This document shows positions 37,503 to 47,704 of a stretch of 64,000 nt of DNA, one piece after another (position 1 is the stretch's first letter; every line of letters begins with the position of its first letter). Under the pieces are notes generated by a model, which searched no databases, was not told where the DNA came from, and saw only the letters and a program-made list of their open reading frames with translations. This stretch comes from an uncultured Bacilli bacterium (GTDB lineage Bacteria > Bacillota_I > Bacilli_A > RF39 > UBA660). The DNA lies in NCBI GenBank assembly GCA_934155185.1, contig CAKPGT010000003.1:30970-94969 (forward strand), given 5' to 3'. A program made the position numbers and the translations under genes.

Positions 37503-39737
37503 TTAACATCCTAATTTTTCGTGGAAAGTACGTGATATAACTTCCTCTTGATGAGCTCTAGATAATTTGTCAAAAAGTACAGCATAACCTGATACTCTAA
37601 TTGTTAAAGTAGGGTATTTTCCAGGATTATTCATAGCATCTATCAACATTTCACGATTTAAAACATTTACATTTAAATGATGAGCACCTTTTTCAAAATA
37701 TCCATCTAATACATTTACTAAGTTTTCTACTTGTTCTTCCTTAGTATGACCTAATGCGTTAGGAACTATAGAAAATGTATTTGAAATACCATCTTCGCAG
37801 CAGTTTGCATAAGGCATTTTTGCTACCGAGTTAAGTGATGCAAGTGCACCTGATGAATCCCTGCCATGCATTGGGTTAGCTCCTGGAGCAAAAGCAGCGC
37901 CTTTTTTTCTTCCATCAGGAGTTGAACCGGTTTTCTTACCATACATAACGTTAGAAGTAATTGTAAGCACTGATAGGGTATGTTTAGCTCCTTTATATAG
38001 TTTATGGTCACATAAATCTTTATAAAACTCTTCTAAGATTTCTTTTCCTATTAAATCAACTCTATCATCATCATTACCATATTTTGGAAATTCACCTTCT
38101 ATTTCAAAATCAACTGCTATACCATCTTCATCTCTTATAGGCTTAACTTTAGCATATTTAATTGCTGATAGTGAGTCTGTTGCAACAGAAAATCCAGCAA
38201 CGCCAAAAGCCATTAGTCTATCAACCAGAGTATCATGAAGAGCCATTTGACCTCTTTCATATGCATATTTATCATGCATATAATGGATAATATTCATAGC
38301 ATCAACATATGTTTTAGCTACCTTTTTCATAGCTTTAAAATAAGCCTTTTTAACTGTTTCATAGTCTAAATATTCATCTTCTATTTTATCTAAACCAGAT
38401 ACAACAAGTTCTTTCTTAACTTCATCTACACCACCGTTAATAGCGTATAAAAGAGTTTTGGCTAAATTACATCTAGCACCAAAAAATTGCATTTGTTTTC
38501 CAACAGTCATTGCCGAAACGCAGCATGCTATAGCATAGTCTGAGCCATGAAGAGGTCTCATAAGTTCATCTGACTCATACTGGATAGCATCTGTATCGAT
38601 TGATACTTTAGCACAGTAATTTTTAAAGTTCTGAGGTAGTTTATCACTCCATAAAACGGTAAGATTAGGCTCAGGTGCTGAACCTAAATTATATAGAGTA
38701 TGTAGGTATCTAAATGAATTTTTAGTAACAAGAGATTTTCCGCCTTCAGTCATTCCACCTATACTTTCAGTAACCCAAGTTGGATCACCTGCAAAAAGTT
38801 CATTATATTCAGGTGTTCTTAAATGTCTTGCCATTCTAAGTTTCATTATAAATTGATCTATAATTTCTTGGGCTTCAATCTCATTTAACACGCCATCTTT
38901 TAAATCTCTTTCAAAATATATATCTAAAAATGTAGATGTTCTACCTAAACTCATAGCAGCACCATTATTTTCTTTAATAGCTGCTAAATATCCAAAATAT
39001 AACCATTGAGTAGCTTCTTTAGCATTACTTGCAGGCTTTGAAATATCAAATCCATACTTTGATGCCATACTTTTCATTTCACCTAAAGCAATAATTTGTT
39101 CAGACACTTCTTCTCTTAGCCTTATCTTACTTTCTGTTAAAACTTCCTCTTCAAGTGTTAGTAAATCATTTTTCTTTTCTTCAATTAATCTATCTATTCC
39201 ATAAAGAGCAATTCTTCTATAATCTCCGATTATTCTTCCTCTTCCGTAAGCATCAGGAAGTCCAGTTAATAAACCAGCATGTCTTGCTTTTCTAATGTCA
39301 GTTGTATAAGCAGAAAACACACCATCATTATGAGTTTTTCTATATTTAAAATATTCTTCAACACTATTATCTAATTTGTATCCATATGCTTCCAAAGCTT
39401 GACGCACCATACGCATTCCACCAAAAGGATTAACTATTCTTTTTAATGGAGCATCAGTTTGAAGACCAACAATTACTTCATCTTCTTTTATTATATAGCC
39501 AGGGTTATAAGCATCTATGCCAGATACTGTTTTTGTATCAACATCATATATCCCTTTTTCTATTTCAACTTTTGCCATTTCCATATATTTATCATTTAAT
39601 CTTTTGGTCTTTAAAGTAGGGGACTGTAAGAAACTTTCATCGCCAGTATATTCTGTATAATTATCCAAAATAAACTGCTTAACGTCTATAGTATCTCTCC
39701 ATTTATCACCTTTAAAATCATGCCAATTATCATTCAT
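37503..39737 (-). CDS. pflB: formate C-acetyltransferase (pyruvate formate-lyase)
   Basis: 744 aa with active-site ACCVSAM, a glycyl-radical C-terminus TIRVSGYAV and a typical PFL N-terminus. Confidence 0.95.
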   Translation of the reverse strand: MNDNWHDFKGDKWRDTIDVKQFILDNYTEYTGDESFLQSPTLKTKRLNDKYMEMAKVEIEKGIYDVDTKTVSGIDAYNPGYIIKEDEVIVGLQTDAPLKRIVNPFGGMRMVRQALEAYGYKLDNSVEEYFKYRKTHNDGVFSAYTTDIRKARHAGLLTGLPDAYGRGRIIGDYRRIALYGIDRLIEEKKNDLLTLEEEVLTESKIRLREEVSEQIIALGEMKSMASKYGFDISKPASNAKEATQWLYFGYLAAIKENNGAAMSLGRTSTFLDIYFERDLKDGVLNEIEAQEIIDQFIMKLRMARHLRTPEYNELFAGDPTWVTESIGGMTEGGKSLVTKNSFRYLHTLYNLGSAPEPNLTVLWSDKLPQNFKNYCAKVSIDTDAIQYESDELMRPLHGSDYAIACCVSAMTVGKQMQFFGARCNLAKTLLYAINGGVDEVKKELVVSGLDKIEDEYLDYETVKKAYFKAMKKVAKTYVDAMNIIHYMHDKYAYERGQMALHDTLVDRLMAFGVAGFSVATDSLSAIKYAKVKPIRDEDGIAVDFEIEGEFPKYGNDDDRVDLIGKEILEEFYKDLCDHKLYKGAKHTLSVLTITSNVMYGKKTGSTPDGRKKGAAFAPGANPMHGRDSSGALASLNSVAKMPYANCCEDGISNTFSIVPNALGHTKEEQVENLVNVLDGYFEKGAHHLNVNVLNREMLIDAMNNPGKYPTLTIRVSGYAVLFDKLSRAHQEEVISRTFHEKLGC

Positions 39738-39825
39738 AATTATTACCTCCTAATTTTGCGCTCTTAACCATTATAACAGCAATAAAAAAAATATCAATGC
39801 TTATTATATTAACATTGACATTTTT

Positions 39826-42366
39826 TTACTGATTTATGTTATTTAATTCACCTATAATACTAATTTTTCTAAAATTTATATGTAATAATATACTTAATAT
39901 AGTAATGATACAAAATGTAATTAAAAATGAGATTATATAGGTTAAAAAACTAATACTGAGTTTAAACGAGAATATATTTGTTTCACAAGAATTAATAATA
40001 AAGTTAGTTAAGATACTTCCAAATATAGTGCCTATTATAGAACAGATAAAAGTCATAAAGACGTATTCTTTTAACATATCTTTAATAATTTCTAAATCAT
40101 ATATACCTAAAGATTTTTTAATTACATATTCTTTTTTATTTTCATTTAATATGTACTTCATAGCACAAAACATAAAGATTATTACAATTATGATTAAAAC
40201 AAATATGACATTATTTAGAGGCTTTATATCATTTTTATACATATCTTTAACATCATCAGTTAATGTATAAGTTATTACGTTACTATCTTCTTTTACCTCA
40301 TTAATTAGAGAATTTAATTTCTTTTTATTATTATCTTTTACACATATTAATATTGTATTATATAAGACATCATTTTCTGTTAACTTTTTATATAAATTAT
40401 TTGATATATAAGCATAACTGTTTATGTAGTTTAAAGATATATCTGATACCTTTACTTTATATTCTTTTTCATCTATTGCTATTTTTATATTATCATTTTT
40501 CTTAACATTTAATGTATTAGCTGTCTTATTAGAAATAATTATTCCATTATCATTAAGTTTTAAGTTTTTGCCTTTAGTATTACTTAGCTTGATAAATGAG
40601 CTTAATTTTTTACCATCAGATGGGATAATTAAAGTTAAATCACCAGATGCATTTTTTTTCTTAACGTATGTGTTTGCTTCATTTACTTTACTTATTTTGA
40701 TAACATTTTTATTTTTTGCAAGTTTGCTTTCTAAAACGCCAAGATCTTCCTTGGTTATATTTGAATTTATGTGTAAAGATATATCATACTTATTTATTTT
40801 ATTATACTCATTATTAATTGTGTTACTTATAGAAGATTTAAAAGATAACATCGTTAGTATAAGTGAAAACATAAGACTTGATAAAATGGTTTTTGTTAAA
40901 AAATCTTTTTTATTAATTAATTTAAACTTTCTAAGTATGAAGTCTAACTTATTTATTTTCTTTTTTTCACTCATTAATTCAGATGGATTTTCTATAGAGT
41001 ATTTAATAAGTATTACAGATGTCATAACAAGTAGTAAAAATACTTCAAGTATGCAAAGTTTAACCGAATATTTAAATTGAGTACAGTTAATTATACTTGG
41101 TATTTCATAAGAACTTTTATAACACATAAATATTATTTTAGAAATAACCTTACTAAATAGAAATGAACCAAGGACGCAGCCCATAGAACCTGCTAAAAGG
41201 GTATAAAGTACATACCTGAATGAAACTTCTAATCTATTATATCCTGTAGCTCTTAAAGCGCCAATTTCTTTTCTTTCATTATTTATAAACTTATAGATTA
41301 TAAATAAACTAGATAAAGACATAGCTACAATAAAAAATATAGAAAATACTTTAGAGATACTACTTATTTTCTTAATTTCTAATTCATATTCATAAAAGCT
41401 TTGTGTTTCATTTCTTCTTAAAGTATAGCTTTTAGGTTCTGGTATACTTTTAAGATTATTTTTTGCATCATTTAATTCGTTTGATAGTTCTTTTATTGAT
41501 TCATTTAGTAACTCTTGAGGAACATCTGATGAGTAAAGTAAATTTAAACTACTTTCTAAATTTTCAATGCTACTTTTTAAATCACTTACTGTATAGTCAT
41601 ATTTACTTTTTGTGCTTTCACTTATTATATTAAGTATTTCAGTTTTATTATTATCAATATAATCATTATATTCTTTACTATATGTATCATAGTTTTTTTC
41701 ATTTTTAAATGTTACATATCCTTCAGTATAATAATTAACATTAAAATCATTTTCTTCAACATATATGTAATAATCTATTTTACTATTTTTAGAGTCTATT
41801 AAATTACCATTAGGTGAGTGGTAGCTGCTTTTAACTGTACCTACTATTTTTATTTTTTTAGCTCTTAAGTCATTACTATTATCAGGCATTAGAGTAATTA
41901 AATCACCAAGCTTTACATTATGTTCCTTAAGTAATTTTTCCTCAACAAGTCCTTCATTAATAGTAGAGGGATATCTACCACTTGTTAGTATAAGTCTATT
42001 TATATAATCATTATTTTTTTTACTTCTATCTTTATTTATAGAATTAACTTTTATAGTATAATCATTATCATTTATACTAGCATTTGTACTTAATGATTTA
42101 ATTAATGATATTCCTTTTACTTCTTTTAGTTCTTTTATTTTGATTAGATCATCGCTAGAAAATCCCATGGTGGATACTAGTTTTAAATCCATGAAATTTG
42201 TATCATCATAATATTTTTTAGAAGCACTTTTCATGTTAGATGAAATGGAGTTTAAACTTACACAAACGCTAGTTCCAAGTATTAATATAAAGATAAGACT
42301 TATAAAACTTTTTTTACTATTTTTAATCTTTATGAAAGCATTTTTTAAAATACTTTTTATTACCAT
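39826..42366 (-). CDS. ABC transporter permease with two FtsX-type modules
   Basis: 846 aa. N-terminal TM helix plus a large extracytoplasmic region and a 3-TM FtsX block, repeated twice. Overlaps the upstream ATPase gene by 7 bp. Confidence 0.85.
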   Translation of the reverse strand: MVIKSILKNAFIKIKNSKKSFISLIFILILGTSVCVSLNSISSNMKSASKKYYDDTNFMDLKLVSTMGFSSDDLIKIKELKEVKGISLIKSLSTNASINDNDYTIKVNSINKDRSKKNNDYINRLILTSGRYPSTINEGLVEEKLLKEHNVKLGDLITLMPDNSNDLRAKKIKIVGTVKSSYHSPNGNLIDSKNSKIDYYIYVEENDFNVNYYTEGYVTFKNEKNYDTYSKEYNDYIDNNKTEILNIISESTKSKYDYTVSDLKSSIENLESSLNLLYSSDVPQELLNESIKELSNELNDAKNNLKSIPEPKSYTLRRNETQSFYEYELEIKKISSISKVFSIFFIVAMSLSSLFIIYKFINNERKEIGALRATGYNRLEVSFRYVLYTLLAGSMGCVLGSFLFSKVISKIIFMCYKSSYEIPSIINCTQFKYSVKLCILEVFLLLVMTSVILIKYSIENPSELMSEKKKINKLDFILRKFKLINKKDFLTKTILSSLMFSLILTMLSFKSSISNTINNEYNKINKYDISLHINSNITKEDLGVLESKLAKNKNVIKISKVNEANTYVKKKNASGDLTLIIPSDGKKLSSFIKLSNTKGKNLKLNDNGIIISNKTANTLNVKKNDNIKIAIDEKEYKVKVSDISLNYINSYAYISNNLYKKLTENDVLYNTILICVKDNNKKKLNSLINEVKEDSNVITYTLTDDVKDMYKNDIKPLNNVIFVLIIIVIIFMFCAMKYILNENKKEYVIKKSLGIYDLEIIKDMLKEYVFMTFICSIIGTIFGSILTNFIINSCETNIFSFKLSISFLTYIISFLITFCIITILSILLHINFRKISIIGELNNINQ

Positions 42367-43061
42367 TTAAGATCACCTGCACTAACTGGCTTTTTATTTA
42401 TCTTAATACTTGAAATGCGTCCACCTTTAAGATTAATAACTTTATTAGCTATAGGTGAAATAAGATTGTTATTTGCTGTTATTATAATAACTTTTTTTTC
42501 TTTTTTAGCTAAATTTTTAAGTAATTTTATTATTTGCTTTGAACCCTTAATATCAAATTGCATTAAAGACTCATCACATAAAATAATACTAGGATTTTTA
42601 GATAATGCTCTAGCAATTGTTAAACGTCTTTTTTCTTCATTAGTTAAGTTTTCTGCTTTTATATATGCTTTATCTAATAAGCCTATTTTTTTAAGTAATA
42701 AATCAGTTTCTATGCTATTTCTACTTAAAACGGATGCTAGCTTTATATTTTCTATAACTGTTAAGCTAGACATTAAATTATATGATTGAAATACAAATCC
42801 AATATCATTTCGCCTATACTTGTTAAGATATCTTTCTTTTAAGCCACAGATGTTTTTTTCATCAACAATAATACTTCCACTATCAGGTTTATCAATTCCT
42901 GCAAGCAAGTTTAAAAGGGTAGTTTTGCCAGAACCTGATTGGCCTACTATGACTACTATTTCACCTTTTTTTATTTCAAAATTAATATTATCCAATGCTT
43001 TTATTTCTGATTCTTCATTCTCATAAGCTTTACAAATTTCTTTAAATTCTATATATGCCAT
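42360..43061 (-). CDS. ABC transporter ATP-binding protein with a degenerate signature motif
   Basis: Walker A GQSGSGKTTLLN and a Q-loop. The signature position reads LTNEEKRR instead of LSGGQ, and the Walker B region reads IILCDES. Confidence 0.85.
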   Translation of the reverse strand: MAYIEFKEICKAYENEESEIKALDNINFEIKKGEIVVIVGQSGSGKTTLLNLLAGIDKPDSGSIIVDEKNICGLKERYLNKYRRNDIGFVFQSYNLMSSLTVIENIKLASVLSRNSIETDLLLKKIGLLDKAYIKAENLTNEEKRRLTIARALSKNPSIILCDESLMQFDIKGSKQIIKLLKNLAKKEKKVIIITANNNLISPIANKVINLKGGRISSIKINKKPVSAGDLKW

Positions 43062-43239
43062 AGTAAGTGCCTCCTTTTTCAGTTATTATATTACATTTTG
43101 ATAATTTAAATGTCAACGTTTCTTAGATAAATATTTTAATTTTTAACTTGATATATTTACAGAGATTATAATATTGCTTTGATTTTTAATTAAAGTGATG
43201 TTATAATGTCGTTAGAAGATAAAAAATAGGGGTGAAAAG

Positions 43240-45216
43240 ATGAATGAGAATAATATAGGAAACACTGATGAACTTGGCTTTGAAAATGCTAATTTGGACC
43301 AAAACATAAATGAATCTGTTCAAGGAGATGTTAATATTTTAGGCGATTCTTCAATTAATACTAATTTAGACAGCACAGTAAATGATGCTAATACGCTTTC
43401 ATTAGAAAATCAGAAGTATAATGATACTTATAATGAACCACGAACTGAGTTACTCCCAGACGAAATAGGTAGAGTAAAAGATATTAGCGGTGATAAGGTA
43501 ATAGTAGGTATTACATCTGATTTAGCATATTCTAAAAATTTAGTTGATCATCATGTAGTATTTCAAGTAGAAAATGATCAGAAAATAGTTGGAACATTAA
43601 CTAGCATAAACAAGGAAACAGCAGAGATTCAACTAATTGGTGAGATAAAAGCAGATAGGTTTATAGCAGGAGTTTTAATTAAACCTCAAATTGGTAGTGT
43701 ATGTCAAATTGCAAGTGAAAACGAAACTAGTTTAATAGTAATTGATGGTAGTAATAATTCTACAAGTAAAGTCTTAGTAGGACAAATGCCTCTTTATAAT
43801 AATGCACCAGCGTATGTACCAACTAACACATTTTTCAGTAATCACTTTGCAATTTTTGGAAATACTGGTTCAGGTAAGTCTTGCGGTGTTGCAAGATTAC
43901 TTCAAAACGTATTTTTTAATACGAATCAAATTCCAAGAAATGCATGTATGTTTATATTTGATGCTTATGGTGAATACGAAAACGCATTATCTATTCAAAA
44001 TAGTAGTATATTATTTAAAAGGTATTCTACCAACGTAAGGACTAATTCAAATACGTTAATAAAGTTGCCACTTTGGCTTCTTGATATAGATGATTTTGCG
44101 TTATTACTTGATGTTGATGACCCATCGCAACTTCCAATAATAGAAAAGGCACTTAGACTAGTTACAGTATTTTCAGGACCAGAAGAAGAAACAAAGATAT
44201 ATAAAAATGATATAATTGCTAAAGCAATACTTGAGGTTTTATATTCAGGCGGTGCGGCATCACAAATACATGACCAAATATTTGCAATATTAACATCATT
44301 TAATACATCTGATCTAAACTTAGAATCTTTAATTGTACAACCGGGATATACGAGAACATTAAGACAATGCCTAATAATTGATAAAGAAGGTAAAATAGGT
44401 GAGATACAGTTAGTATCAGAATTTATAAAGAGATTTATTAATGATAATTTAAGACTAGAATTACCTGATGGAACTATACCATTTACACTTGAAAATCTAA
44501 AAGAAGCATTTGATTTTGCTTTAATATCTGAGGGTATACTAAAGAGTGATAAAATATATGATAAAGCTAATGTTTTAAAAGTAAGATTAGATTCTCTAAT
44601 AAAGAGTGAATACTCAGAATATTTTAAAGTTGATAAATATATTGACAAAGTTAATTTTATTAAGCAACTAATTACTGCGCCTAATGGTGGAAGAACACAA
44701 ATAATAAATATAAATATTAGTTACCTAGATGATAGATTAGCTAAAACTATATGTAAAATATATTCAAAATTATTGTTTGATTTTACATCTAAACTTAGAG
44801 TAAGGGGATCGTTTCCTATTCACTTAATATTAGAAGAAGCTCATCGTTATGTACAAAATGATGATGATGTAAAAATATTTGGATATAATATATTTGATAG
44901 AATTGCAAAAGAGGGAAGAAAGTATGGTGTTATACTTGGATTAATATCACAAAGACCATCTGAATTATCTGAAACTACAATGTCTCAGTGTTCTAATTTC
45001 TTAATTTTCAAAATGCAGCATCCTTATGATGTTAAGTTTATTAGGGAAATGGTGCCTTACATAACAGACGAAATAGTTGAAAAAATGAAAGGTTTGCAGC
45101 CAGGTACTTGCGTAGCCTTTGGCTCAGCATTTAAACTTCCAACTATTATAAAATTAGAAATGCCAAATCCGCAACCAATGAGTCAAAACGTTGACATATC
45201 AAGATTGTGGTATTAA
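43240..45216 (+). CDS. HerA/DUF87-type (HerA-FtsK superfamily) ATPase with Asn/Asp-rich N-terminal tail
   Basis: Barrel-like N-domain (GRVKDISGDKVIVG...), Walker A FGNTGSGKS, Walker B/sensor HLILEEAHRY and GLISQRPSELSETTMSQCSNFLIFKM. Confidence 0.8.
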   Translation: MNENNIGNTDELGFENANLDQNINESVQGDVNILGDSSINTNLDSTVNDANTLSLENQKYNDTYNEPRTELLPDEIGRVKDISGDKVIVGITSDLAYSKNLVDHHVVFQVENDQKIVGTLTSINKETAEIQLIGEIKADRFIAGVLIKPQIGSVCQIASENETSLIVIDGSNNSTSKVLVGQMPLYNNAPAYVPTNTFFSNHFAIFGNTGSGKSCGVARLLQNVFFNTNQIPRNACMFIFDAYGEYENALSIQNSSILFKRYSTNVRTNSNTLIKLPLWLLDIDDFALLLDVDDPSQLPIIEKALRLVTVFSGPEEETKIYKNDIIAKAILEVLYSGGAASQIHDQIFAILTSFNTSDLNLESLIVQPGYTRTLRQCLIIDKEGKIGEIQLVSEFIKRFINDNLRLELPDGTIPFTLENLKEAFDFALISEGILKSDKIYDKANVLKVRLDSLIKSEYSEYFKVDKYIDKVNFIKQLITAPNGGRTQIININISYLDDRLAKTICKIYSKLLFDFTSKLRVRGSFPIHLILEEAHRYVQNDDDVKIFGYNIFDRIAKEGRKYGVILGLISQRPSELSETTMSQCSNFLIFKMQHPYDVKFIREMVPYITDEIVEKMKGLQPGTCVAFGSAFKLPTIIKLEMPNPQPMSQNVDISRLWY

Positions 45217-45235
45217 TTAAATAAAAATGTATTAT

Positions 45236-45272
45236 AAAAACCTTTTCCATAGTTAATGTGGTTAGGTTTTTT
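45236..45272 (+). terminator. probable intrinsic terminator between the HerA-like gene and the T7SS block
   Basis: AAAAACCT / AGGTTTTT outer stem plus CCATA/TGTGG inner stem, with a T-rich tail. Confidence 0.5.
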
Positions 45273-45382
45273 ATTTACGTTTTTTATTTGCAATAATTGA
45301 CTAAAGCTTGTTAAAAATGCTATTATATAGATAGTAAAAGATAGTAGATGATTCTTTTACATAGTAATGAGGAGGCATATAC

Positions 45383-45637
45383 ATGTATTCTAATAAACTT
45401 TTAATATCTGTTGAAGTGCCGTCGATAGAGCAAAATTTTAACTTATTTATTCCAATAAATAAAAAACTTGGGACTATAAAGAAGTATATTACTGATAGTA
45501 TTTTTGAACTATCAGGAAAAATACTAGAACAAAAAAAATACTCTTTTTTCGACATTGATACTGGGGTTAAATATGGAAGTAATGTATATGTAAAAGACAG
45601 CGGAATAAAAAACGGGGCAAGAATAATTATGATTTAA
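45383..45637 (+). CDS. esaB: YukD/EsaB-like ubiquitin-fold T7SS protein
   Basis: 84 aa with a pattern of alternating beta-strand residues, ending NGARIIMI. SD GAGGAGG upstream. Immediately precedes the WXG100 genes. Confidence 0.7.
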   Translation: MYSNKLLISVEVPSIEQNFNLFIPINKKLGTIKKYITDSIFELSGKILEQKKYSFFDIDTGVKYGSNVYVKDSGIKNGARIIMI

Positions 45638-45650
45638 GGAGGTGAAAAAA

Positions 45651-45932
45651 ATGGCAGATTTAAAAATTAATTATGCTAATACAAGAAGTGCAGGTAACAC
45701 TGTTAAACAAAAATCATCAGAGTTTTCTGATTTATTAAAGGCAATTCATGAACAAAATGAAGAATTAAAATCTCACTGGCAAGGTGCTGATGCGGATAGC
45801 TATACAAAAAAAATATCAGAACAAGAACAAGTTATGAAAAACCTAAAATCAGCAATGGATGAAATGGGTGAGTATTTAGTTAAAGTTGCTAATGCTTATG
45901 AAGAAGCAATGGAAAGTAACAAAATAAATTAA
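45651..45932 (+). CDS. esxA: WXG100-family protein (EsxA-like)
   Basis: 93-aa helical hairpin with a central W-x-G (SHWQGADADSY). SD AGGAGGTGA precedes ATG 45651. Confidence 0.85.
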   Translation: MADLKINYANTRSAGNTVKQKSSEFSDLLKAIHEQNEELKSHWQGADADSYTKKISEQEQVMKNLKSAMDEMGEYLVKVANAYEEAMESNKIN

Positions 45933-45953
45933 TATTGATAAGGAGGATTACAT

Positions 45954-46247
45954 ATGGGAACAGAATTTTCTGGTTTATCATACGCGCAAATAAGAGGGAT
46001 AGCTGCAACTTTGAAGTCAAAAGCTACCTCTATGCAAGGAATACTAAATGAAGTTAAAACAGAGTTTGATAAAATAGGTGGAGATGACACTTGGAGTGGA
46101 ACATCTGCAGGAGCAGCAAAAGAACAATTTGATGCACTTTCAGCAAAATTTCCAGAATTTTATGAAGCAATAACTTCTTGCTCTCAGTATCTTGAGAGAG
46201 TAGTTCAAAGCTATGAAGCTGTTGATGCTAAAATTAAAGGAATATAG
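45954..46247 (+). CDS. WXG100-family protein (second paralogue)
   Basis: 97 aa with a central W-x-G (DDTWSGTSAGAA). SD AGGAGG upstream. Confidence 0.85.
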   Translation: MGTEFSGLSYAQIRGIAATLKSKATSMQGILNEVKTEFDKIGGDDTWSGTSAGAAKEQFDALSAKFPEFYEAITSCSQYLERVVQSYEAVDAKIKGI

Positions 46248-46334
46248 TTATTAGAGCACTAAAGCTCTTTGACAAAAAAGTGTTATTAAAATAGCATTTT
46301 TTTGTGAAACAGATTTAGAAAGGCAAGATGATAC

Positions 46335-46619
46335 ATGAAGATAAAGGCTTCAAGTGAACTGGTAAAAAGTGCAAGTTTAATTAATGATCGTTTTAGTGAA
46401 ATATATAAGAGTATTGATACGATTCAGAACTATATTGGGCAGACAAATAAGGTTTGGAAAGGAACAGACGCTGATTCTTTTACAAAGAAATATAATGAAG
46501 AAGTAATACCTAATTTAAGAAAATTTAAAAGTTCTATGGAAAAATATGTGACGTTTTTGTCAAAGGTTTATCCTGTTTATAAAGCACTGGACGAATATTA
46601 TGACAAACCCATAAATTGA
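46335..46619 (+). CDS. WXG100-like small helical protein (possible LXG-effector targeting factor)
   Basis: 94 aa with a central VWKGTDADSF. Confidence 0.6.
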   Translation: MKIKASSELVKSASLINDRFSEIYKSIDTIQNYIGQTNKVWKGTDADSFTKKYNEEVIPNLRKFKSSMEKYVTFLSKVYPVYKALDEYYDKPIN

Positions 46620-46633
46620 TTGGAGTGATTATT

Positions 46634-46921
46634 ATGTATGCAAATTATGATGGAATGAATGAGCTACGTGAACGTTTAGACTCTGAAATAGATAAGATGG
46701 TTAAAAATATGAAAGATGCTAAAGATTTAGTTTCAAAGCTTGATAATAATGATTACTGGGATGGGAATGGATTTAACAGTTATAATGAAAAATTTAATAA
46801 ACTAGCTATGAATTTTAATTCATTTTGTAATGATATCCAAAAGCTTAATAATAACATCAAAGTTGCAATTTCAAATTATCAGGAAATAGATAAAAAAGTT
46901 GAAGGAAGCATAGGTACATAA
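46634..46921 (+). CDS. WXG100-like small helical protein
   Basis: 95 aa from ATG 46634, after SD TGGAGTGA. Central YWDGNGFNSY. Confidence 0.6.
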   Translation: MYANYDGMNELRERLDSEIDKMVKNMKDAKDLVSKLDNNDYWDGNGFNSYNEKFNKLAMNFNSFCNDIQKLNNNIKVAISNYQEIDKKVEGSIGT

Positions 46922-46923
46922 TT

Positions 46924-47352
46924 ATGGCATATGAAAATATAGATGTTAATAAGTTGAAAACTGCACTAAGTACAATAAATAATATTAATAATTCAAAGAT
47001 AGACAACTTAGTACAAAAAATGGACTCGGAGCAGTGGCAAAGTCCTGTAAGAAGCAGACTTCAAACTGCACTTTCAAACATATCAAAGCAATATGCAAGT
47101 TTAAAAAAAGATATAGATACTTATAAAGAAATTGCAAATCATATTGAAAAATATAATCGTGCTAAAAGCGATTATGATAGATTAAATGACGATGTGAATT
47201 ATTACAATAATAAATTAAATAGTTTAGATGAAAATTCTAGCTTTTATGAATATAATAAAAGTTATTTTAAGTCGAAGCTAGATAATAATGTTTTGGCTAG
47301 AAATAATGCTAGAGCTAGTATGAATGAAATAGAAAAAAAGATTAATTTGTGA
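46924..47352 (+). CDS. small helical protein with a degenerate WxG-like turn
   Basis: 142 aa with EQWQSPVRSR at the turn position. Coiled-coil-like composition. Tightly packed with its neighbours. Confidence 0.45.
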   Translation: MAYENIDVNKLKTALSTINNINNSKIDNLVQKMDSEQWQSPVRSRLQTALSNISKQYASLKKDIDTYKEIANHIEKYNRAKSDYDRLNDDVNYYNNKLNSLDENSSFYEYNKSYFKSKLDNNVLARNNARASMNEIEKKINL

Positions 47353-47362
47353 GGAGAAAAAG

Positions 47363-47671
47363 ATGAATAATAATGTTAATTTAGGAAAATATTTGCCAAT
47401 AGGAACTGTAGTTCTTTTGAGAGGTGGAAAAAAAAGACTTATGATTACGGGCTTTTGTTCTTTAGCTGAGAATGATAGTTCAAAATTATACGATTATAGT
47501 GGTTGTTTATATCCAGAAGGAGTAATTGAAAGTAAAAGCATGGCTTTGTTTAATCATAATCAAATAGAAAAAATATTCTATTTAGGATACTCTGATTTAG
47601 AAGAAAAAAACTTTAAGAAGGAATTAGTTACAGAGGTTGCAAAACTAGTTCAAGATCAAGAAAATAACTAA
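47363..47671 (+). CDS. DUF4176-family protein (T7SSb effector chaperone-like)
   Basis: LPIGTVVLLRGGKKRLMITGF ... YDYSGCLYPEG ... FNHNQIEKIFYLGY matches the DUF4176 pattern. Confidence 0.75.
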   Translation: MNNNVNLGKYLPIGTVVLLRGGKKRLMITGFCSLAENDSSKLYDYSGCLYPEGVIESKSMALFNHNQIEKIFYLGYSDLEEKNFKKELVTEVAKLVQDQENN

Positions 47672-47704
47672 GAATATAAATAATAACAAGGAGGTGAAAT
47701 TTTT

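Noticed and set aside
43240-45216. A HerA-NurA, SIR2-HerA or DUF4297-HerA defence pair.
   Set aside because: There is no ORF with NurA, SIR2 or DUF4297 character on either flank. The ATPase is bounded by an ABC transporter operon and a terminator.
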